64,000 nt of DNA from Negativicutes bacterium (GCA_028707635.1 JAQWAQ010000003.1:804-64803), one strand, 5' to 3'; shown: positions 28,843 through 39,784, counted from the first letter of the stretch. Numbers and translations are program-made. The notes: a model not told the origin generated them from the letters alone.

Positions 28843-30096
28843 CTACACACTCTCAATTACATCGATTAATTTTCTAGTTAGAACTTTAAAATCAAATTCT
28901 GCTACACCTTTTCTAGCATTTACTCCCAGTTCTTCATACTGCTCTTTCGTCATGTTATGCACTTTGAGTATCGTTTTGGACAGTTCTTCCGACGTTGGTT
29001 CAGCCAATGAAAGGCCGCATTTATACTTATCTAATATACAGTAGCCCATCTTGACGGTTGAAATGACTGGTTTACCGGAAGCCATATACTCAAACAGCTT
29101 GTTTGAGCTGTTCCCTCTAGACCAGTTGTACTGTGATTGAGAGTAGTTCAAGATATTAACCGATGATTTGCTCAAAATGTAGGGTATATACTGCTTATTG
29201 ATATAGCCCTTCATCTTTACATTGGTAAGCCCTTCATCAACGACTCGTTGCTTTAATGCTTCCTGCTGATTACCATCACCGTAAATCAAGAACTGTATAT
29301 CGGTGTTCTCTCTTAGCAAGGCTGCAGCATCAAGAATATTCCCAACATTATTGACTGGACGGATTGCACCGGCATATACCACGTTGAACTTTTCATCAGT
29401 CAAGTCCATATCATCACATGCATTTTCTTCAGTAGATTTTAGGAAAGCTTCTAGATCGACGCCGTTATTAATATAATGACATTTTTTCAAATCTACATTT
29501 CCACCGTGGGCCGTATCCCATCGTTTTTCTTCTATATAATCAGTATCGCCCTCTTTGGTGAAAATCAACGCATCCGCCTTTTTATAAATCCAATGCTCTC
29601 CAGCGGTTAGTATTTTACCTAAGATGCTCTTTTCTATTGTTTTGTTAAATGAGAAGATAGCTTCAGGCCATAAGTCCCGTACCTCACATATGCAAGGAAC
29701 TTTGAACTTTTTTGCTATCTGTATTCCAGCCACCATCGTAAGTGGATGAACACTCGAAGCAAGAATGACATCCGGTTTACCATTAGCCTTTGCATAGTCC
29801 TTGGCAGCCGAGAATAAATTCAAATAAAACAGAACCATGTTCTTTACTCTCGCTATGCCATTGCCTAAAGCTGGAATGGTTTTTACAAAAACAAATGGGA
29901 TACCATTTGCCGTGTCAGTTGCATATTTCTTGCCTTCGGTATCTATACACTCTGCCTTATTGTGGTATGTATTTGCACAGAACACCGTCGCATTATACCC
30001 TTGCTTAATAAGATTTTCTGCAAACCAGTAATGCCTTCCACCGCGATTTTTATACATATCTGTCGCATAGTGATTCCATAACCAAATGTTCCTCAA
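28843..30096 (-). CDS. GT4 glycosyltransferase (WbuB-like)
   Basis: CEVRDLWPE, YAGAI..NN, NKLFEYMASGKPV; TTG 30096 with RBS AGGAGAG. Confidence 0.88.
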   Translation of the reverse strand: MRNIWLWNHYATDMYKNRGGRHYWFAENLIKQGYNATVFCANTYHNKAECIDTEGKKYATDTANGIPFVFVKTIPALGNGIARVKNMVLFYLNLFSAAKDYAKANGKPDVILASSVHPLTMVAGIQIAKKFKVPCICEVRDLWPEAIFSFNKTIEKSILGKILTAGEHWIYKKADALIFTKEGDTDYIEEKRWDTAHGGNVDLKKCHYINNGVDLEAFLKSTEENACDDMDLTDEKFNVVYAGAIRPVNNVGNILDAAALLRENTDIQFLIYGDGNQQEALKQRVVDEGLTNVKMKGYINKQYIPYILSKSSVNILNYSQSQYNWSRGNSSNKLFEYMASGKPVISTVKMGYCILDKYKCGLSLAEPTSEELSKTILKVHNMTKEQYEELGVNARKGVAEFDFKVLTRKLIDVIESV

Positions 30097-30162
30097 ATCT
30101 ATACTCTCCTTGATACCGTACCATCTAGGGCGACACAATTTAATCTATTTGCACCTAAATCT

Positions 30163-30780
30163 TTACTTAACTCTTCTCGCTAGAACTCCAACATAAGTCC
30201 CAGCCTCTCTTATATCCTTAACCACTACAGCTCCTGCACCAATAATAGTTCCCGCAGTTATTTCAACATTATTACTCACCACTGCACCGACACCAATCCA
30301 GGCACATTCCCCAATGCTCACTGTACCGGCGATATGTGCACCTGGAGAAATGTGAACATAATCTCTAATAATGCCGTCATGATCAACAGTAGCACCTGTG
30401 TTCACTATGCAGTTCTTACCTATTCTGCAGCCACAGTTAATAACTGCACCGGCCATTACAACTGTACCTTCCCCAATCTCAACTTGTACACCGATAACAG
30501 CACTGGGATGTATCAATGTTGGTATAGTAGCACCCGCTATACTGAGCTGGTTGTGTACCTTTTTTCTTATTTCATTATTTCCTATAGCTATGAAGATGTC
30601 ATATTCCCCAATGAGTCTTAATGCTTTGCTTGATTTGCCAATAACATCAAATTCTAGTGAAGATATAATGGTCTCATCATCATCAAGAAAAGCAATCTCC
30701 TGCCATGTATTCATTTTTAGTGCAATGTCGGCGATCACTCTACCATGACCGCCCGCACCAATGATGAGAAGTTTTTTCAT
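30163..30780 (-). CDS. sugar N-acetyltransferase (PglD/EpsM-like)
   Basis: IGAGGHG, AIGNN..R, TLIHPSA, NTGATVDHD hexapeptide repeats. Confidence 0.88.
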   Translation of the reverse strand: MKKLLIIGAGGHGRVIADIALKMNTWQEIAFLDDDETIISSLEFDVIGKSSKALRLIGEYDIFIAIGNNEIRKKVHNQLSIAGATIPTLIHPSAVIGVQVEIGEGTVVMAGAVINCGCRIGKNCIVNTGATVDHDGIIRDYVHISPGAHIAGTVSIGECAWIGVGAVVSNNVEITAGTIIGAGAVVVKDIREAGTYVGVLARRVK

Positions 30781-30877
30781 ATATTCACACTTGCCTTTGC
30801 ACAGCTAATTTTCACCGCGGCTATATTATTAGAAATGTTTTCTACTTTGTCAGATTTCTCGGTAGCAGCTCCAGAAA

Positions 30878-31543
30878 CTAACGTCCCTTAGTCCCTTTAA
30901 ATTCCTCCATAGTAGCAGCATTTTCAGAACTTATACCTTCTCTTTCAAACACCTTAACCACCGTTTTGAATATTATCTTCCAGTCGCCTAGGAAGGTAAT
31001 GCTCTGCGTATATTTAACGTCAAAGTCAAATTTATCTTCCCAGCTAATGGCATTCCGGCCATTAATCTGCGCATATCCGGTAAGACCAGGCCTAACATCA
31101 TGTCTATGCTTTTGGTATGCGTTATATAAAGGTAGATATTGAACCAGTAATGGCCTTGGCCCCACAATGCTCATATCACCTTTTACTATGTTGATCAGCT
31201 CCGGTAGCTCGTCTAAAGATGTGGATCGTAATATCTTACCGAATCTCGTCAACCGCATTTCATCAGATAGAAGGTTCCCGCTTTCGTCTCTTTTGTCTGT
31301 CATTGTTCTGAATTTGTACATCATAAATATCTTCTCATTCAGCCCCGGCCGTTTTTGTTTAAAAAGCACTGGGCTGCCTATTTTAACTTTAACGATTAAA
31401 GCTGTAATAAGCAATACCGGCGATAAAACGATTAGTGCGCAAAGCGACAATACAGAATCCATTACTCTTTTAAAATATTTTCTATATAACCCTATCTTTT
31501 GATGTGGCTTTACAGTCGGTTCAGTTCTAGTCACTGCCTGCAT
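30878..31543 (-). CDS. initiating phosphoglycosyl transferase (PglC/EpsL-like)
   Basis: [35 protein letters not shown]. Confidence 0.92.
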   Translation of the reverse strand: MQAVTRTEPTVKPHQKIGLYRKYFKRVMDSVLSLCALIVLSPVLLITALIVKVKIGSPVLFKQKRPGLNEKIFMMYKFRTMTDKRDESGNLLSDEMRLTRFGKILRSTSLDELPELINIVKGDMSIVGPRPLLVQYLPLYNAYQKHRHDVRPGLTGYAQINGRNAISWEDKFDFDVKYTQSITFLGDWKIIFKTVVKVFEREGISSENAATMEEFKGTKGR

Positions 31544-31545
31544 TC

Positions 31546-32715
31546 CTATCTCCACAACTTTTTTATTATATTAACTACCCTATATAAATCTTCATCAGTC
31601 ATCTTCGTATCACTTGGAAGACATACACCACTTTTAAAAATCTCCTCACTCACGCTGCCACTTTCACACTGACTGATAAAATTGCACTCACTATAGAACG
31701 GTTGAAGGTGCATTGGTTTCCAGATAGGTCTTGATTCAATGTTTTCGCTCTCCAACGCAATCATAACATCTAGTGGCTTAACCTTTCCATTCAACGTAAT
31801 ACAAGAAAGCCAATAGTTCGGCTCATTCCAGTCATTTACGGGCATCATTTTAATGCCGTCTAGCTGGCCTAACTCTCGCTTGTAAAATTCGAAGATATGC
31901 TTTTTCTTCTGTACTCGTGCATCTAAAACTCGCAACTGACCTCTGCCAATCCCAGCAACGATATTACTCATTCTGTAATTGTAGCCCAGTTCTGAATGCT
32001 GGTACCATCTGGCTGCATCTCTGGCTTGTGTAGCCCAAAATCTGACTTTAGCTATACGTTCTTCAGCATCTTTCTCGTCATTTGCTACAAGCATTCCACC
32101 GCCGGACGTTGTAATGATTTTATTGCCGTTGAAGCTAAATATCCCATATTTGCCAAATGTTCCTGTATATTTTCCTTTATATAATGTGCCGAGAGATTCA
32201 GCAGCATCTTCGATTAAGGGAACATTGTATTTATCACATAGTTCTACTATCTTATCTAGGTCTGCCGATAAGCCGTAGAGATGCACCACTAAGACAGCCT
32301 TAACTCGCCCTTCATATTTTTGAAACGCCTTGTCAAGCGCTGCCGGTGACATATTCCATGTTTCCTCGTCTGAATCAATAAAAACTGGTGTTGCATTCTG
32401 GTACACTATCGGATTAGCCGTGGCTGAGAAAGTCAATGAAGGACAGAATACGATATCTCCCTCACCCACGCCAACCGCCTTAAGCGCAAGATGAATCGCC
32501 GCTGTCCCCGCGGATAACGCAGCAGCACACTTCGCCCCTACTTTTGATGACAATTCATTCTCAAATCCATTCACATTAGCTCCAAGAGGCGCAATCCAGT
32601 TGGTATCAAAGGCTTCCTTTATATATGCTTGTTCGTACCCCTCGTCACTCATATGAGGTGATGAAAGGTAAATTTTGGCTGAATCTTGCGATGCTATATC
32701 ATTGCTTTTTCCCAT
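31546..32715 (-). CDS. DegT/DnrJ/EryC1 PLP aminotransferase (PglE/EpsN-like)
   Basis: [34 protein letters not shown]; ATG 32715 with RBS GGGAG. Confidence 0.92.
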   Translation of the reverse strand: MGKSNDIASQDSAKIYLSSPHMSDEGYEQAYIKEAFDTNWIAPLGANVNGFENELSSKVGAKCAAALSAGTAAIHLALKAVGVGEGDIVFCPSLTFSATANPIVYQNATPVFIDSDEETWNMSPAALDKAFQKYEGRVKAVLVVHLYGLSADLDKIVELCDKYNVPLIEDAAESLGTLYKGKYTGTFGKYGIFSFNGNKIITTSGGGMLVANDEKDAEERIAKVRFWATQARDAARWYQHSELGYNYRMSNIVAGIGRGQLRVLDARVQKKKHIFEFYKRELGQLDGIKMMPVNDWNEPNYWLSCITLNGKVKPLDVMIALESENIESRPIWKPMHLQPFYSECNFISQCESGSVSEEIFKSGVCLPSDTKMTDEDLYRVVNIIKKLWR

Positions 32716-32881
32716 TTTCGGTTTTCTCCCTTGTTTAAGAGTTTCTATGAAAGGAGAGGCCTTGCCATTTGTCAAATATCCCAAACAAAGGTGCTAGCCT
32801 CTCACATGTGACCCGCGTCTGGTGATACGCAGTTCCTGTTGCTGTGTTTCCCTTACTTGATAATTCTGTCCGGTATTACCC

Positions 32882-34792
32882 CTAGTTCTCAGAAAATCTC
32901 TGTACAAGGCTAACATCCTGTTGATTAACTGTTTTATAATGAATATTTCGAACATCCTTATCCTTTTGCTTTTTCCGCATACTTTGGTAGGTCGGGACTA
33001 ACTTCTCAAGTAATATATATATATCATCTGAACTACTAGCAGATTGCAATCCAACAAGTCCTCTCTGCAACTTTTCCTCATTGACAATTTTTAAGTTGGC
33101 CTTGAAAATCTTCTCATGTTTCGTTGATGACGTTCCTTCTTCTGCAGTTAGGAGTTCTTCAAAAAGTTTTTCCCCCGGTCTTAGCCCTGTAAATTTTATT
33201 TCTATATCTTTGTTTGGTACGAACCCTGAAAGTTCAATAATATCATTAGCCAAATCAACGATTTTAACAGGTTCACCCATGTCCAAAACGAAAACCTCAC
33301 CGCCCTGGGCCATAGATCCGGCCTGAAGCACCAATTGCGTCGCTTCAGGAATGGTCATAAAGTAACGCCGCATTTCCGGATGAGTGACTGTCACAGGGCC
33401 GCCGTTCGCGATTTGCTTCTTAAATAATGGCACAACGCTGCCTCTGCTCCCAAGCACGTTTCCAAATCGCACGGCGACAAATTTTGTGGTGCTAATATTG
33501 CTCATATTTTGCACAACAAGCTCAGCCACACGTTTTGTGGCACCCATAGCACTCGTTGGATTGACTGCCTTGTCCGTAGATATCATAACAAAGACTTCTG
33601 AATTAACCCTGTCAGCCGCCTCTGCTACAGTCTTTGTTCCAAAAACATTATTACGTACCGCTTCTATCGGTTGAGCTTCCATCAGAGGAACGTGTTTATG
33701 CGCTGCGGCATGAAATACAACTTGGGGTTGTAGTTTTGCAAAAACGCCATTGATTCTTGCCTTATCGCGCACATCTGCAATAACAGGGGCAAGTTTTATC
33801 TGTGGATACTTGTTCGCCAATTCCCGATGTATCTCATAAATACTGTTTTCCCCTTTCCCAAGGAGAACAATACTGGCAGGACCCATTTGGGCTACTTGGC
33901 GGCAAATCTCTGATCCAATAGATCCACCGGCACCAGTTACAAGCACACTTTTCCCTCTTAAATAGCCGGATATTCTTTCTAGGTCTAATTGCACAGGATC
34001 ACGCCTTAAAAGATCTTCAACATCAATTGTTCTTAGTTGGTTTACACTGATCTTCCCATCAATTATTTCATAAATTCCTGGCACTGTCTTTATTTCACAT
34101 TTAGTTTCCTTGCAATTATTAATAATCTCCCTAACGATTGATCCTTCAACGGATGGCATTGCAATGATTATTTCGTTTACCCTATTCTGCTTTACTATTT
34201 CTTTGATGTTGTCACGTGTGCCTAACACTTTCACCCCAAGAAGCCTCTGATCTAGCTTGTTTTTCGAATCGTCAATAAACCCTATTATCTTCTTAGTATC
34301 ATGAAAGCGACTCTGAATTTCCCTGGCGATCATCGCTCCTGCATCGCCAGCGCCAACAATTAACACTTTTGATAAACTACCCTTTTCTACTTCTGCCTTA
34401 TGGCGGATGTGATAATAAACCCGAATTGCCAACCTGCTAGATCCAATAAAAGCGATAGAAAAAGTCCATGTTAATACATGGAAGCTTTTAGGCAGTCCAG
34501 CATTAATAAAAATTAAATACACCGTTATTATTGCAGTGCTCACTGTAACAGCACTAACAATAGATATTAAATCAGTTATGCTAGCATAACGCCATAGTCT
34601 GTGATATAAACCAGATCCGTAAAAGACTCCCAATCTTAGTAAGACAATAACAGGGAGATGTTGTATTAAGATGCCATAATAGTGCGGAGGGACATTTCCT
34701 TCAAATCTAATATATATGGAAGAAAATGAACCTAAGATAACAATAGCCATATCAATCAGCATCAGCAGCAAAGAACCTCGTTTAATTTGCAC
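32882..34792 (-). CDS. membrane-bound UDP-GlcNAc 4,6-dehydratase (PglF/CapD/EpsC-like)
   Basis: 4 N-terminal TM segments, GAGGSIGSE, HAAAHKHVP, STDKAVNP, RFGNVLGSRGSV, GLRPGEKL. Confidence 0.93.
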   Translation of the reverse strand: MQIKRGSLLLMLIDMAIVILGSFSSIYIRFEGNVPPHYYGILIQHLPVIVLLRLGVFYGSGLYHRLWRYASITDLISIVSAVTVSTAIITVYLIFINAGLPKSFHVLTWTFSIAFIGSSRLAIRVYYHIRHKAEVEKGSLSKVLIVGAGDAGAMIAREIQSRFHDTKKIIGFIDDSKNKLDQRLLGVKVLGTRDNIKEIVKQNRVNEIIIAMPSVEGSIVREIINNCKETKCEIKTVPGIYEIIDGKISVNQLRTIDVEDLLRRDPVQLDLERISGYLRGKSVLVTGAGGSIGSEICRQVAQMGPASIVLLGKGENSIYEIHRELANKYPQIKLAPVIADVRDKARINGVFAKLQPQVVFHAAAHKHVPLMEAQPIEAVRNNVFGTKTVAEAADRVNSEVFVMISTDKAVNPTSAMGATKRVAELVVQNMSNISTTKFVAVRFGNVLGSRGSVVPLFKKQIANGGPVTVTHPEMRRYFMTIPEATQLVLQAGSMAQGGEVFVLDMGEPVKIVDLANDIIELSGFVPNKDIEIKFTGLRPGEKLFEELLTAEEGTSSTKHEKIFKANLKIVNEEKLQRGLVGLQSASSSDDIYILLEKLVPTYQSMRKKQKDKDVRNIHYKTVNQQDVSLVQRFSEN

Positions 34793-34840
34793 TATCTACA
34801 CCCCCTTGTCCATTGGTTTAATGCCCATATAAACACAGAA

Positions 34841-36076
34841 TCACAATTTAGCATGTATACCTGTATTTCCTTTTGTATATTCATATAAGAACGCAATAAC
34901 GATCCCGCTAAACAATCCTATTGTAGCTGCCAAAATAAGATTTAGGGCCTTTTTAGGCCGAATAGGCTGACTAGATGCACTTGCTGGATCAACAATCCTG
35001 ACATCTGTTAACTGTGCACGAAATACTTCATACTTGCTTTTCAATGTACTGTGCTTTTCTTGGGCAACATGACTGTTTCGCATAAGATTAACTAATCCTT
35101 GTTCGCTAGAATTAAATTTTGCAATCTCGCCATTTAATTGGCTTGTTATTTTATTCAAAGTTTGTTTTTGTCGTATAGCGACTGCTTGTTCAATTTCAGC
35201 CAATAAAACGGATTCTATCTCCTCGTATTGCTGAACGCTTAAACCCGGAGCATCAATATTGATTACACGTTCCAGATCATCGTTCAAGTCTTTTTTTGTT
35301 TGCTCTATTGCTATTTTTGAAGAAACAACTTCTGGATGACCTTCCCCTAATTCACTTATTAGGAAAGCAAGCTGAGTTTCTTGTTTGATAATCTTAGTTT
35401 TATAGTTATCAATTAAGACCTTATTGGGGAAGACAAAAGGCTGACTGATCTGCAGCTTGACTTTAGCTACTGCCATACGTGCAACATTCTGACCGGATAA
35501 CTTGTCCAAAGCCACAAGCTTTTCAATAGTTGGTTTAGTACCATTAGAAAGTTCTTCAATTTGGTGATCTTTTTTATAGGTTTGAAGCTTAAGTTCATTC
35601 TCTTCTAATTCTTTTTTGGCTTTATCAAGTTGTTGCTCAATTGATTTTCGAACTAAGGAATTTTCCAAGCTTTGCATTTCTTGAAGACTATCTATAAAAC
35701 TATCAACAAGACCTGTTGCTACAAGCTTTGCACCTTGGCTTGAACCTGCCTCTACCTTAACAACCATGATATCAGAACCTTTTACAGGTTTTACGATCAC
35801 CTTGGGTGATCCAATATTAATACTTTGCCCATCTCCTGTCTTTGCCCGCTTGACTGCTTCATTCATGACTGATTTGCTTTTTATAATCTCTGAATAAGTG
35901 GTAACTGTCTTGTCTGATCCTGCTCGCAATGTCAAAGATGCCTCATATACAGGCGGTGTTGTATAATTTATAATTGCAGCAGCCAAAACGAAGACGACCA
36001 CTGTAGCTAAGATAAATTTAAAACGCCGTTTAAGGAATCTAAGTATATCAATTAACTCAATAGTTGATTCTTCCAA
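34841..36076 (-). CDS. Wzz/GumC-type chain-length determinant (no kinase domain)
   Basis: Two terminal TM segments, periplasmic coiled coil, HPEV, VDPA...PIRPKK. Confidence 0.8.
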   Translation of the reverse strand: MEESTIELIDILRFLKRRFKFILATVVVFVLAAAIINYTTPPVYEASLTLRAGSDKTVTTYSEIIKSKSVMNEAVKRAKTGDGQSINIGSPKVIVKPVKGSDIMVVKVEAGSSQGAKLVATGLVDSFIDSLQEMQSLENSLVRKSIEQQLDKAKKELEENELKLQTYKKDHQIEELSNGTKPTIEKLVALDKLSGQNVARMAVAKVKLQISQPFVFPNKVLIDNYKTKIIKQETQLAFLISELGEGHPEVVSSKIAIEQTKKDLNDDLERVINIDAPGLSVQQYEEIESVLLAEIEQAVAIRQKQTLNKITSQLNGEIAKFNSSEQGLVNLMRNSHVAQEKHSTLKSKYEVFRAQLTDVRIVDPASASSQPIRPKKALNLILAATIGLFSGIVIAFLYEYTKGNTGIHAKL

Positions 36077-36143
36077 TTTACATCTCCCTTTACTTAAATA
36101 TGCGTTTCAGACGCTTCCTCCACATACAATTTCTAAAAATACT

Positions 36144-36173
36144 TTATTCTCCAACAAAAAACAAATCTCCTGT
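36144..36173 (-). promoter_or_regulatory. sigma-H-type promoter upstream of the O-antigen operon
   Basis: ACAGGA-N18-GAATAA; an extended -10 TGtTATAAT also lies at 36181-36189. Confidence 0.55.
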
Positions 36174-36296
36174 TATTTTAATTATAACAAATGCTGGATA
36201 TTGTCATAAATTCTTAGAATAGTAATATTTTTGTAGAATAGTGTAGAGGCTCTCTTAATATTCTCAATCTCTCAATAAGAGCCTCGTCTGTTTTCA

Positions 36297-36337
36297 AAAG
36301 ATTCAGCACGCCTTATAAAAAAGCGTGCTGAATCTTT
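36297..36337. terminator. terminator hairpin downstream of the ligase gene
   Basis: Perfect 15-bp stem AAAGATTCAGCACGC / GCGTGCTGAATCTTT. Confidence 0.75.
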
Positions 36338-36386
36338 CTGTTTATAAAGCCCATAAGTCGACACCAATTAATTCCTGTTCAATTTG

Positions 36387-37586
36387 CTACTTTAATTGAT
36401 CCTCACCAAACATTGAATTATTCTTTTGCAAACAGAAAGCTAACCCCAATATAAACCAATAGATTCGCATTACTTCGCGATGACCAAAATTAAATTCTGT
36501 CATTCCATAAATTAAAAAACTTAAGGTTACTAACAAACCAGCTTTCATAATAGTGTGTCTCTGTCTCATCATGAATGCACGAAAGATACTGTAATACATT
36601 ATTATAAAACCACCAAATCCGATAATCCCGGTTTCAGCTAGAAAGTGAAGTAAATTATTATGCGCATGAACATGTGACTTTGGCCCCTTAGATTTGGGAG
36701 AGATATATCTCTCCATTTCAAATTTATTAAAGTTACCTAAGCCAACTCCGGTTATAGGATAATCTTTTGCCATTTTTATAGAACTTTCCCAAATTAAAAA
36801 TCTTTCCATATTGGATTTATTTTTTATTGAAGTAATTGATTTAATACGGTTTTGTATTGTGCTTGTTTGCCATAACATCCCACTTAAGACACAAAAGATT
36901 ATAGTTAACACAATACCCAATTTCGGATTCCTGAAAAAAACTGATAATAAGTGCAGAACAAGTACTACAACAACAGCAACCCAAACACCGCGTGTTCCAT
37001 TATACACCAAGGCTATAGCAGCTAGAGCAGCCACTGCGCCACAAAACAGCCTCACTTTGTTGTTGCACAAGTAATCCTTTTCTAAAGCTAATACATAATA
37101 GAAAGGGATGCTAATTGATAGGAGTCCTCCTAGAAACATGGGATTACTAAAAAAAGAACCTGCCCGAAAATTCCCATGAATTCCTTGGTATATCGCGTGA
37201 ACTGACGGTATACTTACCGCTAAACCTAAAGCTAATATTACAATAATCAACTGACGCCGAGTTTTCACAAAGAGAAAAGGTAAGAAGAAGGGCAGCATTA
37301 CTTCAAAAAAATCAAAAGCAACGTTTAAGCTTTTCACTTGGTCATTAGAAAACGCACTAGATATTACCATACAAAAGATAAATACTGCCATTCCTTTTAC
37401 TATTATCGGTTCCGGTGGCACGATATCTTCTTTATATCGGAAAAATTTATATGCAGCAAGTATGATCATACTAATAATACTTACCCACATAAGAGAAGTC
37501 GATAGATGGTTAGCCAAAACGAATAATACTATGAAAAAATATCCAAACTTATTAATGATCGTCAGATTCTTCAATTTGCTTATCAT
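36387..37586 (-). CDS. O-antigen ligase family protein (WaaL-like)
   Basis: FFSNPMFLG, NGTRGVW, ERFLIW, GVGLGNF, HAHNNLLH..ETGIIG. Confidence 0.85.
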   Translation of the reverse strand: MISKLKNLTIINKFGYFFIVLFVLANHLSTSLMWVSIISMIILAAYKFFRYKEDIVPPEPIIVKGMAVFIFCMVISSAFSNDQVKSLNVAFDFFEVMLPFFLPFLFVKTRRQLIIVILALGLAVSIPSVHAIYQGIHGNFRAGSFFSNPMFLGGLLSISIPFYYVLALEKDYLCNNKVRLFCGAVAALAAIALVYNGTRGVWVAVVVVLVLHLLSVFFRNPKLGIVLTIIFCVLSGMLWQTSTIQNRIKSITSIKNKSNMERFLIWESSIKMAKDYPITGVGLGNFNKFEMERYISPKSKGPKSHVHAHNNLLHFLAETGIIGFGGFIIMYYSIFRAFMMRQRHTIMKAGLLVTLSFLIYGMTEFNFGHREVMRIYWFILGLAFCLQKNNSMFGEDQLK

Positions 37587-37816
37587 AAATAATTCGACTC
37601 CTTTATTGGACTTACCCTGCCATAGAGAGCAATAGCGTCTTCTAGCTCTAAAGTATTAAAAGCTCAATAGTCTAACTTTTTTTAATGATAGATATTTACA
37701 GTGAAATAGTCAAGCAGCATTTTTTATTTAAAAACTCCGGCTTTTTTGTTAATATAAGATGAACCTATACACAATCAACCGTCTAGATCTATCATTAAAG
37801 GAAGTGCATCTTACAA

Positions 37817-39784
37817 ATGTCAGCATGGGCACGGTTTTTCAAAAACATTCAGCAAGACTTCAAGCTATTTATCTTCACTCTTTTTGTGTTATGCCTATAC
37901 CGAGTAGCATTTATCGGACTCTTACATCAATATTTAGGCGATACAACAGCTCTATCTGACATACTTATGTCGCTCTTTTATGGCTTACGATTAAGCTTGA
38001 AAAGTGCTGGTATAATTGCCCTGCTAACCTTTCTATGCTGTACAATCACAAATTTATTCATTAAAAGTAAAGAGGTTGAAAAAGTCCGGTACTACTTAGG
38101 CTCCATCTACACTATTTTACTTACTCTTCTTTTTCATACCCGGATTCCCTACTACGAAGAATTCCACTCAGCTTTCGACCAGATTATTTTTAACACCTTT
38201 AAGGATGACACTATCGCGTTATTCGATACGCTTGTCAAGCAGTACCAACTCCCCTTGCGGCTGTTCTCGGTTGCTGTTATTTCCTTTATTCTCTGCCGAC
38301 TTCTTAAAGTATTTTTGGCAACTAAGACATGTCCTTCACCAAAATTTTCCAGCAAACCTCGCAGATTAGTCTTTCGCACAACAGTCATTCTTATGATAGC
38401 CACGTTCATGGTATTCACCCGGTTTGCCGGCAGCTTTAGCTACGCCAGAGCTATCCATTGGGAGAATTCAGCATTAACCAAAGATGCGTTTCTCAATGAA
38501 GCTATTTTAGATGATGTTCAAGCCTTATATCGTGCCTATGCCGGCTATGAACGACTACGCAACGCCGAGGGACTTGACATTAAAGCAGATAAAGTCGCCG
38601 AATATGGCAGGCAACTGGCAAACCGCTCAATAATGACCAACAATATTGACGATTACTTTAAAAAAGAAGCCCAAGGTCCTAAAATTCAAAAACCGCGACA
38701 CATATTTGTTATCATCGGTGAAGCTTATGCCGAATGGCCGCTTCTGCCAAAATATAAAGACCTAAATATAGCCAACGGCTTAAAAAATATTGCTGCAAAA
38801 GAAAATGCAGTAACTGTGAAAGCCTTCCTACCCACCGGACCAAACACTGCCCAAGCTGTAAACGGAATCGTCACCGGGTTAGCTGAGGTCAACCTTTACC
38901 CTAACTACCACCCTGAGACTTATAAGCAACCGTATGCTACCGCAATAGCAGCCCAAATGAAAAAGCTCGGCTATAAAACATATTTCTGGTATGGTGGCTT
39001 TTCATCTTGGCAAAAGATAAAAGAGTTAGCCTTGTCACAAGGCTTTGATGAATTCTACGGCTGCAATGATTTGCAAGACAATTCCGGTAATGCTTGGGGC
39101 ATGGAAGATAAGTTTTTTTTAAAGGAAATTGCCGCGAAAACAACAGACGACCAACCAAGTTTTCACGTCATTTTAACAACCTCAAATCACCCGCCTTACA
39201 CGGTTAATTTAGTGCAGGAAGGCTTTGATGAAGAGACAGTGAATAGCGTTCCGGAATACTTTAAGGAAACAAAAGACTGGCAGCAAAAACTCGGTCACTT
39301 CTGGTACGCTGATAAGATATTAGCTGACTTTGTCAGTACAATGCAAAAAAAATACCCGGACAGCTTATTCGCCATCACCGGCGATCACGCTAATCGGGTG
39401 AATATTGAGCCAAACCCGAGCCTTTACGAACGCTATGCAGTTCCTTTTATCTTATATGGAAAGGGTGTCAATAAATCAATCATTCCTGACAATGCGGCCG
39501 GGACTCACCTAGGTATTGCGCCAACGCTATTTGAGCTAATCGCCCCGAAAAGCTTTGAATATTATTCCATAAGTGATAGCCTAACTAAGGGTAATACAAT
39601 TGGAACAAACCACGAATTATGGATTACCGCCAACAATATTGGCAAAACGGGAACCCCTACTATCGAAACTCTTCCTAACGCTAACTCCAAGAAATCAAGC
39701 CCTACTATCGAGATAATAAAGCAATATTCAGACTCAATTCAAGCCCTCTCCTGGTGGAGAATAAAAAACGGGCGAAATATCTAG
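37817..39784 (+). CDS. LTA synthase family (sulfatase/alkaline-phosphatase-fold) membrane protein
   Basis: About 5 N-terminal TM segments, IIGEAY, GPNTAQ (catalytic Thr position), TTSNHPPY, ITGDH. Confidence 0.85.
   Translation: MSAWARFFKNIQQDFKLFIFTLFVLCLYRVAFIGLLHQYLGDTTALSDILMSLFYGLRLSLKSAGIIALLTFLCCTITNLFIKSKEVEKVRYYLGSIYTILLTLLFHTRIPYYEEFHSAFDQIIFNTFKDDTIALFDTLVKQYQLPLRLFSVAVISFILCRLLKVFLATKTCPSPKFSSKPRRLVFRTTVILMIATFMVFTRFAGSFSYARAIHWENSALTKDAFLNEAILDDVQALYRAYAGYERLRNAEGLDIKADKVAEYGRQLANRSIMTNNIDDYFKKEAQGPKIQKPRHIFVIIGEAYAEWPLLPKYKDLNIANGLKNIAAKENAVTVKAFLPTGPNTAQAVNGIVTGLAEVNLYPNYHPETYKQPYATAIAAQMKKLGYKTYFWYGGFSSWQKIKELALSQGFDEFYGCNDLQDNSGNAWGMEDKFFLKEIAAKTTDDQPSFHVILTTSNHPPYTVNLVQEGFDEETVNSVPEYFKETKDWQQKLGHFWYADKILADFVSTMQKKYPDSLFAITGDHANRVNIEPNPSLYERYAVPFILYGKGVNKSIIPDNAAGTHLGIAPTLFELIAPKSFEYYSISDSLTKGNTIGTNHELWITANNIGKTGTPTIETLPNANSKKSSPTIEIIKQYSDSIQALSWWRIKNGRNI

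Noticed and set aside
32840-32875. SAM-I riboswitch (minus-strand TTATCAAG)
   Set aside because: The remaining S-box consensus and terminator are absent, and the context is wrong
37590-37620. sigma-H promoter for the ligase gene
   Set aside because: AGGG instead of AGGA, a 19-nt spacer, and it overlaps the RBS
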